Shown here: positions 52,574 through 62,528 of the stretch, one piece after another
How the letters are laid out: each line of letters opens with the position of its first letter
Position numbering within the stretch: position 1 is the first letter of the stretch
Assembly: GCA_038231135.1 (NCBI GenBank)
Contig: JBBRLX010000016.1
Span: forward strand, 22,751-86,750
Source: Candidatus Eiseniibacteriota bacterium
GTDB taxonomy: Bacteria > Eisenbacteria > RBG-16-71-46
DNA length: 64,000 nt
Reading direction: 5' to 3'
The notes under the pieces: model-generated
Told to the model about the DNA's origin: nothing
Database searches by the model: none
The model's input: only the letters and a program-made list of their open reading frames with translations
Position numbers and translations under genes: made by a program

Positions 52574-53215
52574 ATGGCCGACGTCACGCTTCGCACCTAT
52601 GTGTTCCTCGACAGCCTGCAGCCGCAGCTCGCGGCGTTCATCGGTACCACCGCGCGCGGATTTCTGCCGGTGGCCGGCGACGCGGCGATGTTCATCGAGA
52701 CGGCGCCCGGGCTGATCATCAACCGCATCACCGACGTGGCGCTCAAGGCGACCCAGTGCACGCCCGCGATCATGGTGGTCGAACGGGCGTTCGGGCTGCT
52801 GGAGTTCCATCACCGCGACCAGGGCCAGGTGCAGACCGGCGGGCAGGCGGTGCTGTCGTACCTGGGCATCTCCGAGAACGACCGAATCCAGCCGCGCGTG
52901 GTGTCGGACCAGGTGATCCGGGGCGTCGAGTCGTACCACGCGCAGGTGATCAACAAGATGCGGTTCGGCGACATGCTGATCCCCGGCGAGTCGCTGCTGA
53001 TCCTCGAGACCGAGCCCGCGGGCTATATCGCCTACGGCGCGAACGAGGCGCTCAAGGCGGCGCACGTCAAGCTCATCGACGCGTCGTTGTTCGGCGCGTA
53101 CGGCCGGCTCTACCTGTCGGGCCCCGAGGCGCAGATCGACGCCGCCCGCGACGCCGCGCTGCAGAAGCTCGGCACCATCAGGGGTCGCGAGGCTACGAAG
53201 GGCTCGGGGGCCTAG
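52574..53215 (+). CDS. Bacterial microcompartment shell protein BMC-T (CcmP/CsoS1D-like)
   Basis: LRTYVFLDSLQPQLA, VVERAFGLLE, LETEPAGY, GAYGRLYLSG. Confidence 0.93.
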   Translation: MADVTLRTYVFLDSLQPQLAAFIGTTARGFLPVAGDAAMFIETAPGLIINRITDVALKATQCTPAIMVVERAFGLLEFHHRDQGQVQTGGQAVLSYLGISENDRIQPRVVSDQVIRGVESYHAQVINKMRFGDMLIPGESLLILETEPAGYIAYGANEALKAAHVKLIDASLFGAYGRLYLSGPEAQIDAARDAALQKLGTIRGREATKGSGA

Positions 53216-53699
53216 CCGGCTCCGCACGCGGCCGCGCGCGCGAGCAACAACGCGCGCTCCCGCGCGTTGCGCGTCATGGCAGCCGCCCGCTCGAACTCCT
53301 CGCGCGCTTCGTTCGGCCTGCCGAGCCTCACCAACAGATCGCCGCGCACGCTCGGCAGCAGGTGATAACCCTCGAGCGACCGCTCTCCGACCAGCGCGTC
53401 CACGAGCTCGAGCCCGGCCTCGGGCCCCTCGGCCATCGCGATCGCCACCGCGCGATTCAACTCCACCACCGGCGACGGCGCGACCGCCGCGCGATCTCCG
53501 TCCACTCGGTGGCGGCGGGCGTCAGCGCGCGGGCGTGGCAGGCGACGATGGCGGCCTGGAGCGCGTAGGGTCCACGCCCGCCCCCCAGCCTGCGGGCGCG
53601 CTCGAGCGCCGCGACCAGCGCGTCCTGCGCCAGATCCTCGGCGAGCCCCACGTCGCTCACCATGCGTGCGAGCCCGGCAAGGTCGCGTGGGTCGCGCCG
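53212..53699 (-). pseudogene. ECF42-type sigma factor pseudogene with multiple internal deletions
   Basis: LAGLARMVSDVGLAEDLAQDALVAALER joined to GPYALQAAI.ACHA; frameshift; SPVVELNRAVA...YHLLPSVRGDLL. Confidence 0.85.
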
Positions 53700-54125
53700 C
53701 TACTTCCTCCCCGCGATCTCCTGCCGCATCCGCTGTTCCTGCGCCCGCAGCTCGGGCGTGAACTCGGCGCCGAAGTCATCCGCCTCGAACACCTGGCGAA
53801 TCTCGATCTCCGACTCGCCCTCCATGGGATTCGGGCAGCGCTTGATCCATTCGATCGCCTCGTCGCGGTTCTTGAGCTGCAGCAGCCAGAAGCCGGCGAT
53901 CAGCTCCTTCGTCTCGGTGAACGGTCCGTCGATCACGGTGCGCTTCGCACCCGAGAATCGCACGCGCGCGCCCTTCGAGCTGGGCTGGAGACCTTCCGCC
54001 GCCAGCAGTACGCCGGCCTTCACCAGTTCCTCGTTGAACCTGCCCATGTCCGCGAGGAGCTTCTCGCTCGGCATGACACCCGCTTCGGACTCCTTGCTCG
54101 CCTTCACGATGACCATGAATCGCAT
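53700..54125 (-). CDS. YciI/DGPF-family protein
   Basis: VIDGPFTETKELIAGFW, EIEIRQV; GGAGG RBS. Confidence 0.93.
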   Translation of the reverse strand: MRFMVIVKASKESEAGVMPSEKLLADMGRFNEELVKAGVLLAAEGLQPSSKGARVRFSGAKRTVIDGPFTETKELIAGFWLLQLKNRDEAIEWIKRCPNPMEGESEIEIRQVFEADDFGAEFTPELRAQEQRMRQEIAGRK

Positions 54126-54207
54126 TGTGAACCTCCCTGTGGCTCTCGGTTGGATTCCGCGGTCCGATCCAATTTCGACCGGACATCGTCTCGCGCTACA
54201 CTTTCAC

Positions 54208-54234
54208 GACGAGCGAATGGCCGCGAAATCGACA
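54208..54234 (-). promoter_or_regulatory. ECF42-type promoter
   Basis: TGTCGA-N17-CGTC upstream of the DGPF gene. Confidence 0.6.
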
Positions 54235-54335
54235 TGGCCCTGAGAATTTCTTCCGTGGCTTGCGGCCGAGGTTCACAGTGCACTGCCAACCGATCGCCGG
54301 TCAACGAGTTCCGGCCGGCCGCTCACCCGGGACGT

Positions 54336-55130
54336 TCAGAACATTTCGCGTTGTGGCCACAGCATTTTCGGGTCCCCGGTCGCGGTTCCCAGGCGCCGCA
54401 GCATCTCGGCGGCACTGGCCGGCGAATGGCCCGCCCAGTGGTTGTTGAAGAACCCGTACACCTCGCGCACCTCGGGCAGCGCGCGCGTCAGCGTGCCCTG
54501 CCACGCGTCGAAATCCGCGGACCGGTCGATCTGTTCGTGGCCGAACGTGGTGACCGCTTCGCGATGGCCCATCCAGCGCACGTAGAGGAAGTCGGCCGTG
54601 ATCTCGGTCGCGGGTGGCAGATCGCGCCACTGGGTCCACGCCATGCTCGCGCGGCGTTTGCGCAGCAACTCCCACACGGCCGCGGTCTGCCACGACCGAT
54701 CCCGGAACTCCACCGCCAGCCGCGCGTCGGCGGGTGCCGCAGCCAGGAAGCGGTCGAGCACGCCCAGCGTGCCCTCGTCGCGCACGAAGTCCGCCGGCAT
54801 CTGCACCAGCAGCGGTCCCCGCCGCTCACCCAGCGGATCCAGCGAACGCACGAACGCCTCGATCTGCTCGGACATGCTGCTCAGTCGCGCGACGTGGGTG
54901 ATCGCCTGCGGCACCTTGGCGGTGAACCGGAACGACTCGGGCGTGTGACGCGCCCACGACCGCACGATCGTCGCCTTGGGCGGATGGTAGAACGTGGTGT
55001 CGAGCTCCACGGCCGGGAACACCGACGCGTAGAACGGCAACAGGTGCTCCTGCTTGCTGCCGGGCGGATAGAACGAGCCGATCCACTCGGGATACGCCCA
55101 GCCCTGGGTGCCCATGCGGATCTCGGTCAC
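54336..55130 (-). CDS. DUF72 (YecE/YunF) family protein
   Basis: GTQGWAY..W.GSFYP, VELDTTFY, KVPQAITH, AVEFR, YGFFNNH. Confidence 0.92.
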   Translation of the reverse strand: MTEIRMGTQGWAYPEWIGSFYPPGSKQEHLLPFYASVFPAVELDTTFYHPPKATIVRSWARHTPESFRFTAKVPQAITHVARLSSMSEQIEAFVRSLDPLGERRGPLLVQMPADFVRDEGTLGVLDRFLAAAPADARLAVEFRDRSWQTAAVWELLRKRRASMAWTQWRDLPPATEITADFLYVRWMGHREAVTTFGHEQIDRSADFDAWQGTLTRALPEVREVYGFFNNHWAGHSPASAAEMLRRLGTATGDPKMLWPQREMF

Positions 55131-56099
55131 TCAGGGTCTCCCGCTGGCATCGGAATCGCGGGGGTGCGGCTCGTGGACCGGGACCACGGATCCGTCCACC
55201 CACATCCGCACGACCGTTGGCCTCACGGCGTGCCCGAGGAATGCGAGCACGCGATGTTCGTACTCCGCGCGGTACATCTGCCATGCGTGGTTGTGACCGG
55301 CGGCCGGCACGATCCACAACGGATCCTTGGCGCCCGCGGCGCGCCACAACTGCTCGACGTGCCGCGGCGACAACCGGTCGTCCCTGACGCCGTGGATGAA
55401 CAGGATGGGCCGGTCGGTGAGCCGGGTCGCCGCCGCGGCCACGTCCGTCGCTCCAGGATCCCGTCCGGTGAACGCGATCCCGAGCCCGCGCGCGAGCGCC
55501 GCCGTCGGCACGCGCGGCATCCGCGCCCAGCGTTCGCTTGAGTCTCCGATCGCGTCGCGACTGGTCGCGAACGCACCGTCCACCACCAGCGCCGCGATGT
55601 CCGGGCTCTCGGCGGCGAGCAGCAGCGCGACCGCGCCCCCCAGCGACTCGCCGAACGCCACGATCGCATGGCCTTGCAGTTCGGGTGCCGTCCGCAGCCA
55701 GGCGAGCGCCGCGCGCGCATCGGGCAATTCGTGATGACCGAGCGTGGTCGGCAGCCGGCGGCCGCTGCCGCGGCGGCGCGACGACCGGAAGTCGATCGTC
55801 AGCACGCCGTAACCCGCCCGCGCCAGGAACGCGCCGTAGCGCCAGGCGCGCGAATGATTGCGACCATAGCCATGCAGTACCAGCGCCACGACCGGCCGCA
55901 CGCCGGCCACGAACCAGGCGTCGATCGCATCGCCGGCCGCGACCGGAATGCGGAACTTCCGCGCGACCTCGTCCAGATCCGGCGCGCCCCCCAGATCGTG
56001 CGGCACGGGTGGAAACAGCGCGAGCCGCGCCGCGCCGCCGGCCAGGACCGCGACGCCGATCGCTCCGGCGACGAGCCCCAGGGCCTGCGGCAGCAGCAT
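55131..56099 (-). CDS. Alpha/beta hydrolase with N-terminal TM
   Basis: LHGYG, GESLGG, IHG..D, AGHN. Confidence 0.9.
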   Translation of the reverse strand: MLLPQALGLVAGAIGVAVLAGGAARLALFPPVPHDLGGAPDLDEVARKFRIPVAAGDAIDAWFVAGVRPVVALVLHGYGRNHSRAWRYGAFLARAGYGVLTIDFRSSRRRGSGRRLPTTLGHHELPDARAALAWLRTAPELQGHAIVAFGESLGGAVALLLAAESPDIAALVVDGAFATSRDAIGDSSERWARMPRVPTAALARGLGIAFTGRDPGATDVAAAATRLTDRPILFIHGVRDDRLSPRHVEQLWRAAGAKDPLWIVPAAGHNHAWQMYRAEYEHRVLAFLGHAVRPTVVRMWVDGSVVPVHEPHPRDSDASGRP

Positions 56100-57235
56100 C
56101 AGGACTTGACCGTGAGTCCCTTGGGGCCCACGTATTCCGACATCGGACGGATCAGGTGGTCCTCGGCGTGCTGCTCGATGACGTGCGCGCACCAGCCGGC
56201 CACGCGGCCGCACGCGAACATCGCGACGAACGAACGCGGCGCGAGACCCAGCGACTGCAGCACGAGTGCGGTGTAGAACTCGACGTTGGTCTTGAGGTTG
56301 CGCCCGGGCTTGGTCTTCTCCAGCACCTCGAGCGCCGTCTTCTCGACCGTGCGCGCGAGATCGAACAGCCGCCGGTCCTCGAGCTTCGCCCCCGCCATGG
56401 TGTCGGCGACCCCGCTCAGCACCTCGGCGCGCGGGTCGCGCACCTTGTAGACGCGGTGGCCGAATCCCATGATGCGCCGCCCCGCCGCCAGCTCCTGCTC
56501 CAGCCACGGCGCGGCGTTCGCCGCGGAGCCGATGTGCACGAGCATGTCGAGCACCGGCCCCGGCGCACCGCCGTGGAGCGGACCCTTGAGCGCGCCGATC
56601 GCGCCGGTCACGGCGCTCACCATGTCGGAACGCGTGCTCGCGATCACGCGGCCCGCGAACGTCGAGGCGTTCATGCCGTGGTCGATCACGGTCACCCAGT
56701 AGGTGTCGAGCGCGCGCGCGCCAATCGGGTCCGGCTCCACGCCGTTCACCATGTAGAGGAAGTTCGCCGCGAGCGACAGATCGGTGCGCGGAGCGATCGG
56801 CTCCTTGCCGGCCGCCAGCCGCGCGTGCGCCGCCACGATGGTCGGGAACCGCGCCACCAGCATCTTCGCCGAGCGCATGTCGGCCGCGGGCGAGATGTCG
56901 TCGGGATCGGCCAGATCGAGCGAGAGCACGGCGCACGCCATGCGCAGCGCGTCGATCGGCGGCGCCTTCGCGGCCGCGCGCACCACGCGCATCGCCTCGT
57001 CGGGCAGCGCGCGCTGCGTTGCGATCTCGTGCGTGAGCGTCGCCAGCTCCGCCGGCGACGGCAGCGAACCGCTCCACAGCAGGTGCGCCGCGGCCTCGAA
57101 CGACACCTTGCCGGCCAGCTCCTTCAGCTCGTAGCCGCCGATGATCAGCTGCCCGGCCGCTCCGTCGACGTGGCTCAGCCGGGTCTGCGCCGCCACCACC
57201 CCGTCGAGACCGCGTGCCGCCTTGACCTCCGCCAT
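56099..57235 (-). CDS. Citrate/2-methylcitrate synthase (short type)
   Basis: GLDGVVAA, DHGMNAST, GPLHGGAP, MGFGHRVYK, NVEFY. Confidence 0.93.
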   Translation of the reverse strand: MAEVKAARGLDGVVAAQTRLSHVDGAAGQLIIGGYELKELAGKVSFEAAAHLLWSGSLPSPAELATLTHEIATQRALPDEAMRVVRAAAKAPPIDALRMACAVLSLDLADPDDISPAADMRSAKMLVARFPTIVAAHARLAAGKEPIAPRTDLSLAANFLYMVNGVEPDPIGARALDTYWVTVIDHGMNASTFAGRVIASTRSDMVSAVTGAIGALKGPLHGGAPGPVLDMLVHIGSAANAAPWLEQELAAGRRIMGFGHRVYKVRDPRAEVLSGVADTMAGAKLEDRRLFDLARTVEKTALEVLEKTKPGRNLKTNVEFYTALVLQSLGLAPRSFVAMFACGRVAGWCAHVIEQHAEDHLIRPMSEYVGPKGLTVKS

Positions 57236-57269
57236 GCCCTGCTCCTTTCCGATGCGCGGAACCCCGCGC

Positions 57270-58487
57270 TCAAGTGCTCCGTTCGGGCATGCGCCCGATC
57301 ACGAAGGCGCCGCCCGTGCCGCGCTCGGCCCCGGCCCAGCGGAAGTACACGACCGACATCACCGCCCAGTAGAACATTCCGCCCGGCACCCACATCAGCA
57401 ATCCGCCCAGCCGCTGGTCCTCGAGCGCCGACATCCCCGCGAACCGCGGCGCGAGCGCGTACCAGTCGTACAGCGGCCGGCCCGCCAGCGTCACCATCGC
57501 CGCCACCGCCATCATCGGCGTGCCGAGCAGGAACAGATAGAGCATCTGGGCACCGGGCTGGAGCGGACGCCGCACGGCGGCCCCGCCCGCGATCGGCCAC
57601 CACATCAGCACGGCAGTCGACATCACCAGCAAGTGCATGACGATGTGCAGGTTGTGATTGCGCATCATCAGCTCGTACAGCAACGGCACGTGCCAGACCG
57701 TCAACACCACGGTATAGAGGATGAATCCCGCGGGCGGCGACGCGACCGCGTGCCACACCCGGGCCACGGGCCTGGGCGACAGCAGCGCGCGCCATAGCCA
57801 GGTGGGAACGCCGAGCACGAACAGCAGCGGGAACACCTGCGCCAGTACCAGGTGCTGCACCATGTGGGTGCTGAACAGGTAGAGATCGCTCAGGTCGTGA
57901 AGCGGCCCCTGGAGCGACACGAGCACGAATCCGAGCGACGCGTAGTATGCCAGCGCGCGCCAGCGCTCGAACGGCTCGCCCCCGCCGCCCAGCGCCCCAC
58001 GCCAGCGGGTGATCGCGAGCGTGTAGAGCAGCGCGAGCAGCCCGCAACCCGCGAGCACGCTCCATTCCCAGTGCCACGGCCACCAGCGATAGACCGGCGC
58101 CGGCTGCTCCTGCCACGGCCACATGTCGGTCACGACCAGCGCCGCGCCCCCGAACCGCCGCCATACCCGCGCGCGGATCGCGAACGTGTCACCGAGCGAC
58201 GCCAGGAACTCCGCCTTGGGATCCTGCCAGTGCGTCTGGCCGATCACCGTGTAGAGCCGGCCGTGGCGGATGTCGAGGAAGTACATGCCTTGCTCGACCC
58301 GGCCGCTCACCAGGGCGCAGGTGCGCTGCATCGCGCCCTGCATGCCGTGCTGATAGATGCACACCGGATCCACGAACTCGCCGACCATGTACAGGCTGTC
58401 GGAGCCCGCGTCGCCCGGGCCGGCATGTGCCGGGCCGGCGATCGCGAGCGCGGCGCCGAGTGCGAGCAGAATCGCGATGCGTTTCAC
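57270..58487 (-). CDS. CtaG (caa3-type) cytochrome oxidase assembly protein with exported N-terminal domain
   Basis: LFSTHMVQHL, WHVP.LY, DQRLGGLLMWVPG; signal peptide and Cys/Met/His domain in front. Confidence 0.85.
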   Translation of the reverse strand: MKRIAILLALGAALAIAGPAHAGPGDAGSDSLYMVGEFVDPVCIYQHGMQGAMQRTCALVSGRVEQGMYFLDIRHGRLYTVIGQTHWQDPKAEFLASLGDTFAIRARVWRRFGGAALVVTDMWPWQEQPAPVYRWWPWHWEWSVLAGCGLLALLYTLAITRWRGALGGGGEPFERWRALAYYASLGFVLVSLQGPLHDLSDLYLFSTHMVQHLVLAQVFPLLFVLGVPTWLWRALLSPRPVARVWHAVASPPAGFILYTVVLTVWHVPLLYELMMRNHNLHIVMHLLVMSTAVLMWWPIAGGAAVRRPLQPGAQMLYLFLLGTPMMAVAAMVTLAGRPLYDWYALAPRFAGMSALEDQRLGGLLMWVPGGMFYWAVMSVVYFRWAGAERGTGGAFVIGRMPERST

Positions 58488-58607
58488 GTGGAGGGTCCCG
58501 GGCGAACGGTCCGCGGCGGCGGCGCGGAACCGTGAGGATGACGGATCTGGAAGTTGCATATCGCGAGGACGTTACCACCCGCGCGGAATGCCCGCCAAAC
58601 CGCTGGA

Positions 58608-59786
58608 CTAAGCCCCGTAGCGACGGAGGAATTCGTTCGTGTGTTCGCCCAGCGCCGGAGGATGCGCGTTGCGCGCCGGACGGTGGCCGTCGATTCGCCA
58701 GGGCAGCGCGATCATCGGCGCGCCGTGATCTGACGGCGCGATCATCCCGCGCCCGGCGAGCGCGGGATCCGCCAGCACCTCGGCGACGTCGCGCACCGGT
58801 CCCGCGGGGACCTGCGCCGCACGCAGCCGCTCGAGCCAGGCGTCGCGCGGGCGTTCGGCGAACCGCGCCGCCAGCCGCGCGACCACGTCGCCGCGGTGCA
58901 GCACGCGCTCGGGATTCGTGCGCCAGCGCGGATCGTCCGCCCAGTCCGGTGCGTCGATCGCCTCGCACAACCGGCGCCACTGCGCGTCGTTGCCCACCGC
59001 GACCACGAACGACCCGTCGCGGGCCTGGAACGTCTGGTAGGGAACGATGTGCGGATGCGAGTTGCCGTGGCGGCGCGCCGGGGCGCCGGCGAGCGTGGAC
59101 TGCGCGACGTTCACGAGCCCGGCCACCGCCACCTCGAACAGCGCGATGTCGAGATGCGCGCCCACGCCGGTGCGCGCGCGTCCCACCAGCGCCGCCAGGA
59201 TCGCGGCGGCCGCGTGCGCCCCGGTCAGCACGTCGATCATCGCGACCCCGACCTTGAGCGGCGGCCCGTCCGGTTCGCCGGTGATGCTCATGAGCCCCGC
59301 GAACCCCTGCAGCACGGCGTCGTAGCCGGGCAGCGCCGCATACGGGCCATCCTGGCCGTAGCCGGTGATCGAACACACGACGAGCCGCGGCGCGAGCCGG
59401 CGCAGGCTCGCGGCATCGAGCCCGAATTCGGCGAGCGCGCCGGGCAGGAAGTTCTCCACCACTACGTCCGCGCGCGCGGCCGCCCGCAGCAGCGCCGCGC
59501 GCGCGACGGGATCCGTGAAGTCGGCGGTCACGCTTTTCTTGTTGCGGTTGACCGACAGGTAGTAGGCCGAGGTGTCGCCGACGAACGGCGGGCCCCAGCT
59601 GCGGGTCTCGTCGCCGGTTCCGGGGCGTTCGATCTTCCACACCTCGGCGCCGAGATCGCCCAGCATTTGCGTCGCGTACGGCCCGGCGAGCACGCGGGAC
59701 AGGTCGAGGACGATGAGCCCCTGCAGCGGCAGCGTCGCGGGATCGGCTGGCGGCGGCGAGCCGGCTCCGCCCCCCGTCGGGGTCAC
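58608..59786 (-). CDS. Class III CoA-transferase (CaiB/BaiF)
   Basis: LDLSRVLAGP, NRNKKS, ENFLPG, GYGQDGP, GYD. Confidence 0.93.
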   Translation of the reverse strand: MTPTGGGAGSPPPADPATLPLQGLIVLDLSRVLAGPYATQMLGDLGAEVWKIERPGTGDETRSWGPPFVGDTSAYYLSVNRNKKSVTADFTDPVARAALLRAAARADVVVENFLPGALAEFGLDAASLRRLAPRLVVCSITGYGQDGPYAALPGYDAVLQGFAGLMSITGEPDGPPLKVGVAMIDVLTGAHAAAAILAALVGRARTGVGAHLDIALFEVAVAGLVNVAQSTLAGAPARRHGNSHPHIVPYQTFQARDGSFVVAVGNDAQWRRLCEAIDAPDWADDPRWRTNPERVLHRGDVVARLAARFAERPRDAWLERLRAAQVPAGPVRDVAEVLADPALAGRGMIAPSDHGAPMIALPWRIDGHRPARNAHPPALGEHTNEFLRRYGA

Positions 59787-61417
59787 ACGCCCGCTTGGAT
59801 CTCGTCCACGAACGCGGACGTTTGAAGGGAATCGCCGGTCGTTCGTACGAGCGCCTCGCGCCAGTTCACCGAACGCCCCGGGTGGTAGAGCCGCTCGATC
59901 AGGTAGCGCCCGGCGTCGGGACTCGTGAGGTAGCGCTCCCACGCCGCTTCGCCGGCGCCGCCCATGCATTCCAGCAGCCGCCGCTGGAGCTGCGACGCCA
60001 TCATCTCCCCCAGCATGTAGTTGTGGTAGTAGACGGGAGCGACGCTGAAGTGCACCTTGCTCGCCCAGTCCGGCGCGTTGCGGCCGTCCGGCCGCCGCAC
60101 GAGCTGCAGCCGCTCGACGAGCTCCCACCACAGCGCGTTCAGGTCCTGGTCCGGATCGCGATACAGCTCGCGCTCCATGTGCGCCATGACCAGGCACCAC
60201 CGCGTCATCACGAGCTGCTGGCGGCACACCGTGCGCGCCGTGGCCGTGGCGACGCGGCGCGCCTCGGCCGCCGGCACTCCGGCGTAGACGCGCAGCCACA
60301 CGGCATTCCGCGACAACCGTCCGAACAGCATCGCGCTCGCCTCGGTGGTGAGGATGTGCGAATGCTGGCGCAGCAGCCACGGCAGCGAGCGGTCGACGGT
60401 CTGGTCGTACACGGCGTGGCCCAGCTCGTGGAGCAGCGTGCCCATCCAGTGTTCGTTCGAGCGCAGGTTGCACAGCACGCGGATGTCGGCGCCGCGATCG
60501 ACCGAGACGCAGAACGCGTGCTGGCTCTTGCCCGGCCGCTCGTACAGGTCGGCGCGCGCCAGCAGGTCGTCGATCTCGAATCCGATCGCGGCGAAGAACC
60601 GGCGCGCCAGCTCCTCGAGCGACTGGCCGGCATAGCACGGATCCAGGTCGACGCCGGCCGCCGGCGCCTCCTGGAAGAACGGGTCGCCGTAGTGCCACGG
60701 GCGCAGGTCGCGGGGCGCCACCCCGAAGCGGGCGGCCAGTCCGTCGTCGAGCTCGCGCTTCCACGTTTCGAACACGCCGCGGGTCCCGCGCTCGAGGTCG
60801 TCGAGTGTCTGGAACAGCTCGGCTTCGTCCAGCTCGTCGAGCTCGAGCATCATCGAGTAGTAGTTGCCGAACCCGAGCGAGTGCGCCGCGGCGTTGCGCA
60901 CCCGCACCAGCTCCAGTAGATCGTTCACCACCTGAGCACCGACCTGCTTCGACGCCTCCCACGCGGCACGCCGCAGCTTCGCTTCGTCCGAAGTCTTGAG
61001 CAGCTCGCGCAGCGCGTTGTCGGAGACCGGTTCACCGTTCAGTCGCGCGCGGAAATTGTTGAACGTGCTATCGAGGCGCTTCTCGAGCCCGACCATCCGC
61101 TCGATCGTCTCGGGCGGGATCTGGTGCTGGCGGAACGCATGGAGCAGCAGCACGAGCTGGCGCTGGTCCCGGGGCTCGTCGAGCCCGCCCGCGGCGCGCA
61201 GCGCGAGCAACTCGGCATAGGGGCTGCGTTGCGAGAGTACCGTGCGAATGCGCGCATCGAGCCGGGCGCTGGTCTGGACGTGGGCGTCCTCGCCGGTGTT
61301 GCTCGCCTGCCACATCGCCTCGTTGAGTGCGATGTGGAGCGGCTCGAGCTCGGCGACGAGCGGGTCGAGCACCGCGTGGAACCGCGCGGTGCGTTCCGGG
61401 GACGGACTCGATGTCAC
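59783..61417 (-). CDS. M3/M2-type zinc metallopeptidase
   Basis: DLYERPGKSQHAF, HELGH, TTE, PVYYHNY. Confidence 0.9.
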   Translation of the reverse strand: MTSSPSPERTARFHAVLDPLVAELEPLHIALNEAMWQASNTGEDAHVQTSARLDARIRTVLSQRSPYAELLALRAAGGLDEPRDQRQLVLLLHAFRQHQIPPETIERMVGLEKRLDSTFNNFRARLNGEPVSDNALRELLKTSDEAKLRRAAWEASKQVGAQVVNDLLELVRVRNAAAHSLGFGNYYSMMLELDELDEAELFQTLDDLERGTRGVFETWKRELDDGLAARFGVAPRDLRPWHYGDPFFQEAPAAGVDLDPCYAGQSLEELARRFFAAIGFEIDDLLARADLYERPGKSQHAFCVSVDRGADIRVLCNLRSNEHWMGTLLHELGHAVYDQTVDRSLPWLLRQHSHILTTEASAMLFGRLSRNAVWLRVYAGVPAAEARRVATATARTVCRQQLVMTRWCLVMAHMERELYRDPDQDLNALWWELVERLQLVRRPDGRNAPDWASKVHFSVAPVYYHNYMLGEMMASQLQRRLLECMGGAGEAAWERYLTSPDAGRYLIERLYHPGRSVNWREALVRTTGDSLQTSAFVDEIQAGV

Positions 61418-61600
61418 TGGGATCTCGCAGGTGCGGGTGGGCTCGCCCCGGCCGGTTCCGCGCCCAGCGCGAACCCGCAGGAGAACTTCGGGAGCGATCG
61501 AGCGGGGCAGTGTAGAGCACTCACGCGGGGCACGAAAGATGTTCCGGAAATCGGATGGCGAACGCGCACTCCGAAACGGCGGTACGTCCCTTGAAGCGGC

Positions 61601-62116
61601 TCAGCCGCCGATCACGGCCTCGTCGGAGGACAGCGGAGCGCCGGCGCTCTCGGCCAGCTCGACATCGACGACCTCGGCCGCGTTCAGCAACTGGATGCCC
61701 GACGGCGTGAGCAGCACGAAGAACCTCGATCCGAGGCTGTTCATGTAGTCCGACAACCGCTGGGTCTCGCGCTCGAGCGGCATCCACACCCGTCCCGACA
61801 GGTGGGTGCCGTCGGACATCATCACGTCCGCGCGCTCCTCGCGCCACGGATTGAAACCGCGCGCGAACACGTCGCTCTGGATCACCTGCCGCGCGGGAGT
61901 GACCCGCGTGAGGCGGCGGCGATGGACGAGGTGAATGCGACCTTCGTCACCAATGCCGACGGGGAGGAACGGCAGGGACTCGTTGAGACGCTCGAGGATC
62001 GTCTGATGGCGTGAGCCCGAAGGGTCGAGGTCGAGGAACACCAGTCCCGCGACACCCGGGAGGTGGTCCGACCACAGCGTGACCGGAATCCGGCGCTTCG
62101 GGATGTAGTGATCCAT
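61601..62116 (-). CDS. Hypothetical protein with two tandem small beta domains (DUF6812-like)
   Basis: Repeated G..(F/W)...(E)RL(N/SDYMN)....F..V pattern; AAAGGA upstream. Confidence 0.7.
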   Translation of the reverse strand: MDHYIPKRRIPVTLWSDHLPGVAGLVFLDLDPSGSRHQTILERLNESLPFLPVGIGDEGRIHLVHRRRLTRVTPARQVIQSDVFARGFNPWREERADVMMSDGTHLSGRVWMPLERETQRLSDYMNSLGSRFFVLLTPSGIQLLNAAEVVDVELAESAGAPLSSDEAVIGG

Positions 62117-62528
62117 CGGTTCGCGTCCTTTGCGAATGTCGGGGTGCAACGTATTCGGGTGCATGGGTTTCGTTCTGTTGAGCCGTTCACCACATCCGGG
62201 CGGGATCGAACCTGCCCCGGCGTCCGCGACCATGACGGTATGACTCGCCATGGCCGCGACGCACCGTGGAGGTTCGCGATGACATCGTCCTCACGACCGC
62301 TTCGCCGGTCGTTCCCTCGAGGCCGTTGCCATGGAGGTAAGCAACTGGCCTGCCGCGGCCCCCGAACCCGCGACATCACCCGAAACCCCAGTCATTCGGC
62401 CACGGGCCAGACTCGCGGCGCCGGGGCGGCGTCCCACGCGAGCCGCCGAGCATTGCGTCCTGCGCGACGGCACGGCGGCTCGGGCGGGGAATTGCATGCC
62501 GCGCGGGGCGCACTGGTAGAATTCAGGG

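Noticed and set aside
62196..62260. tRNA gene
   Set aside because: Only a T-arm-like loop; no acceptor/D/anticodon cloverleaf found
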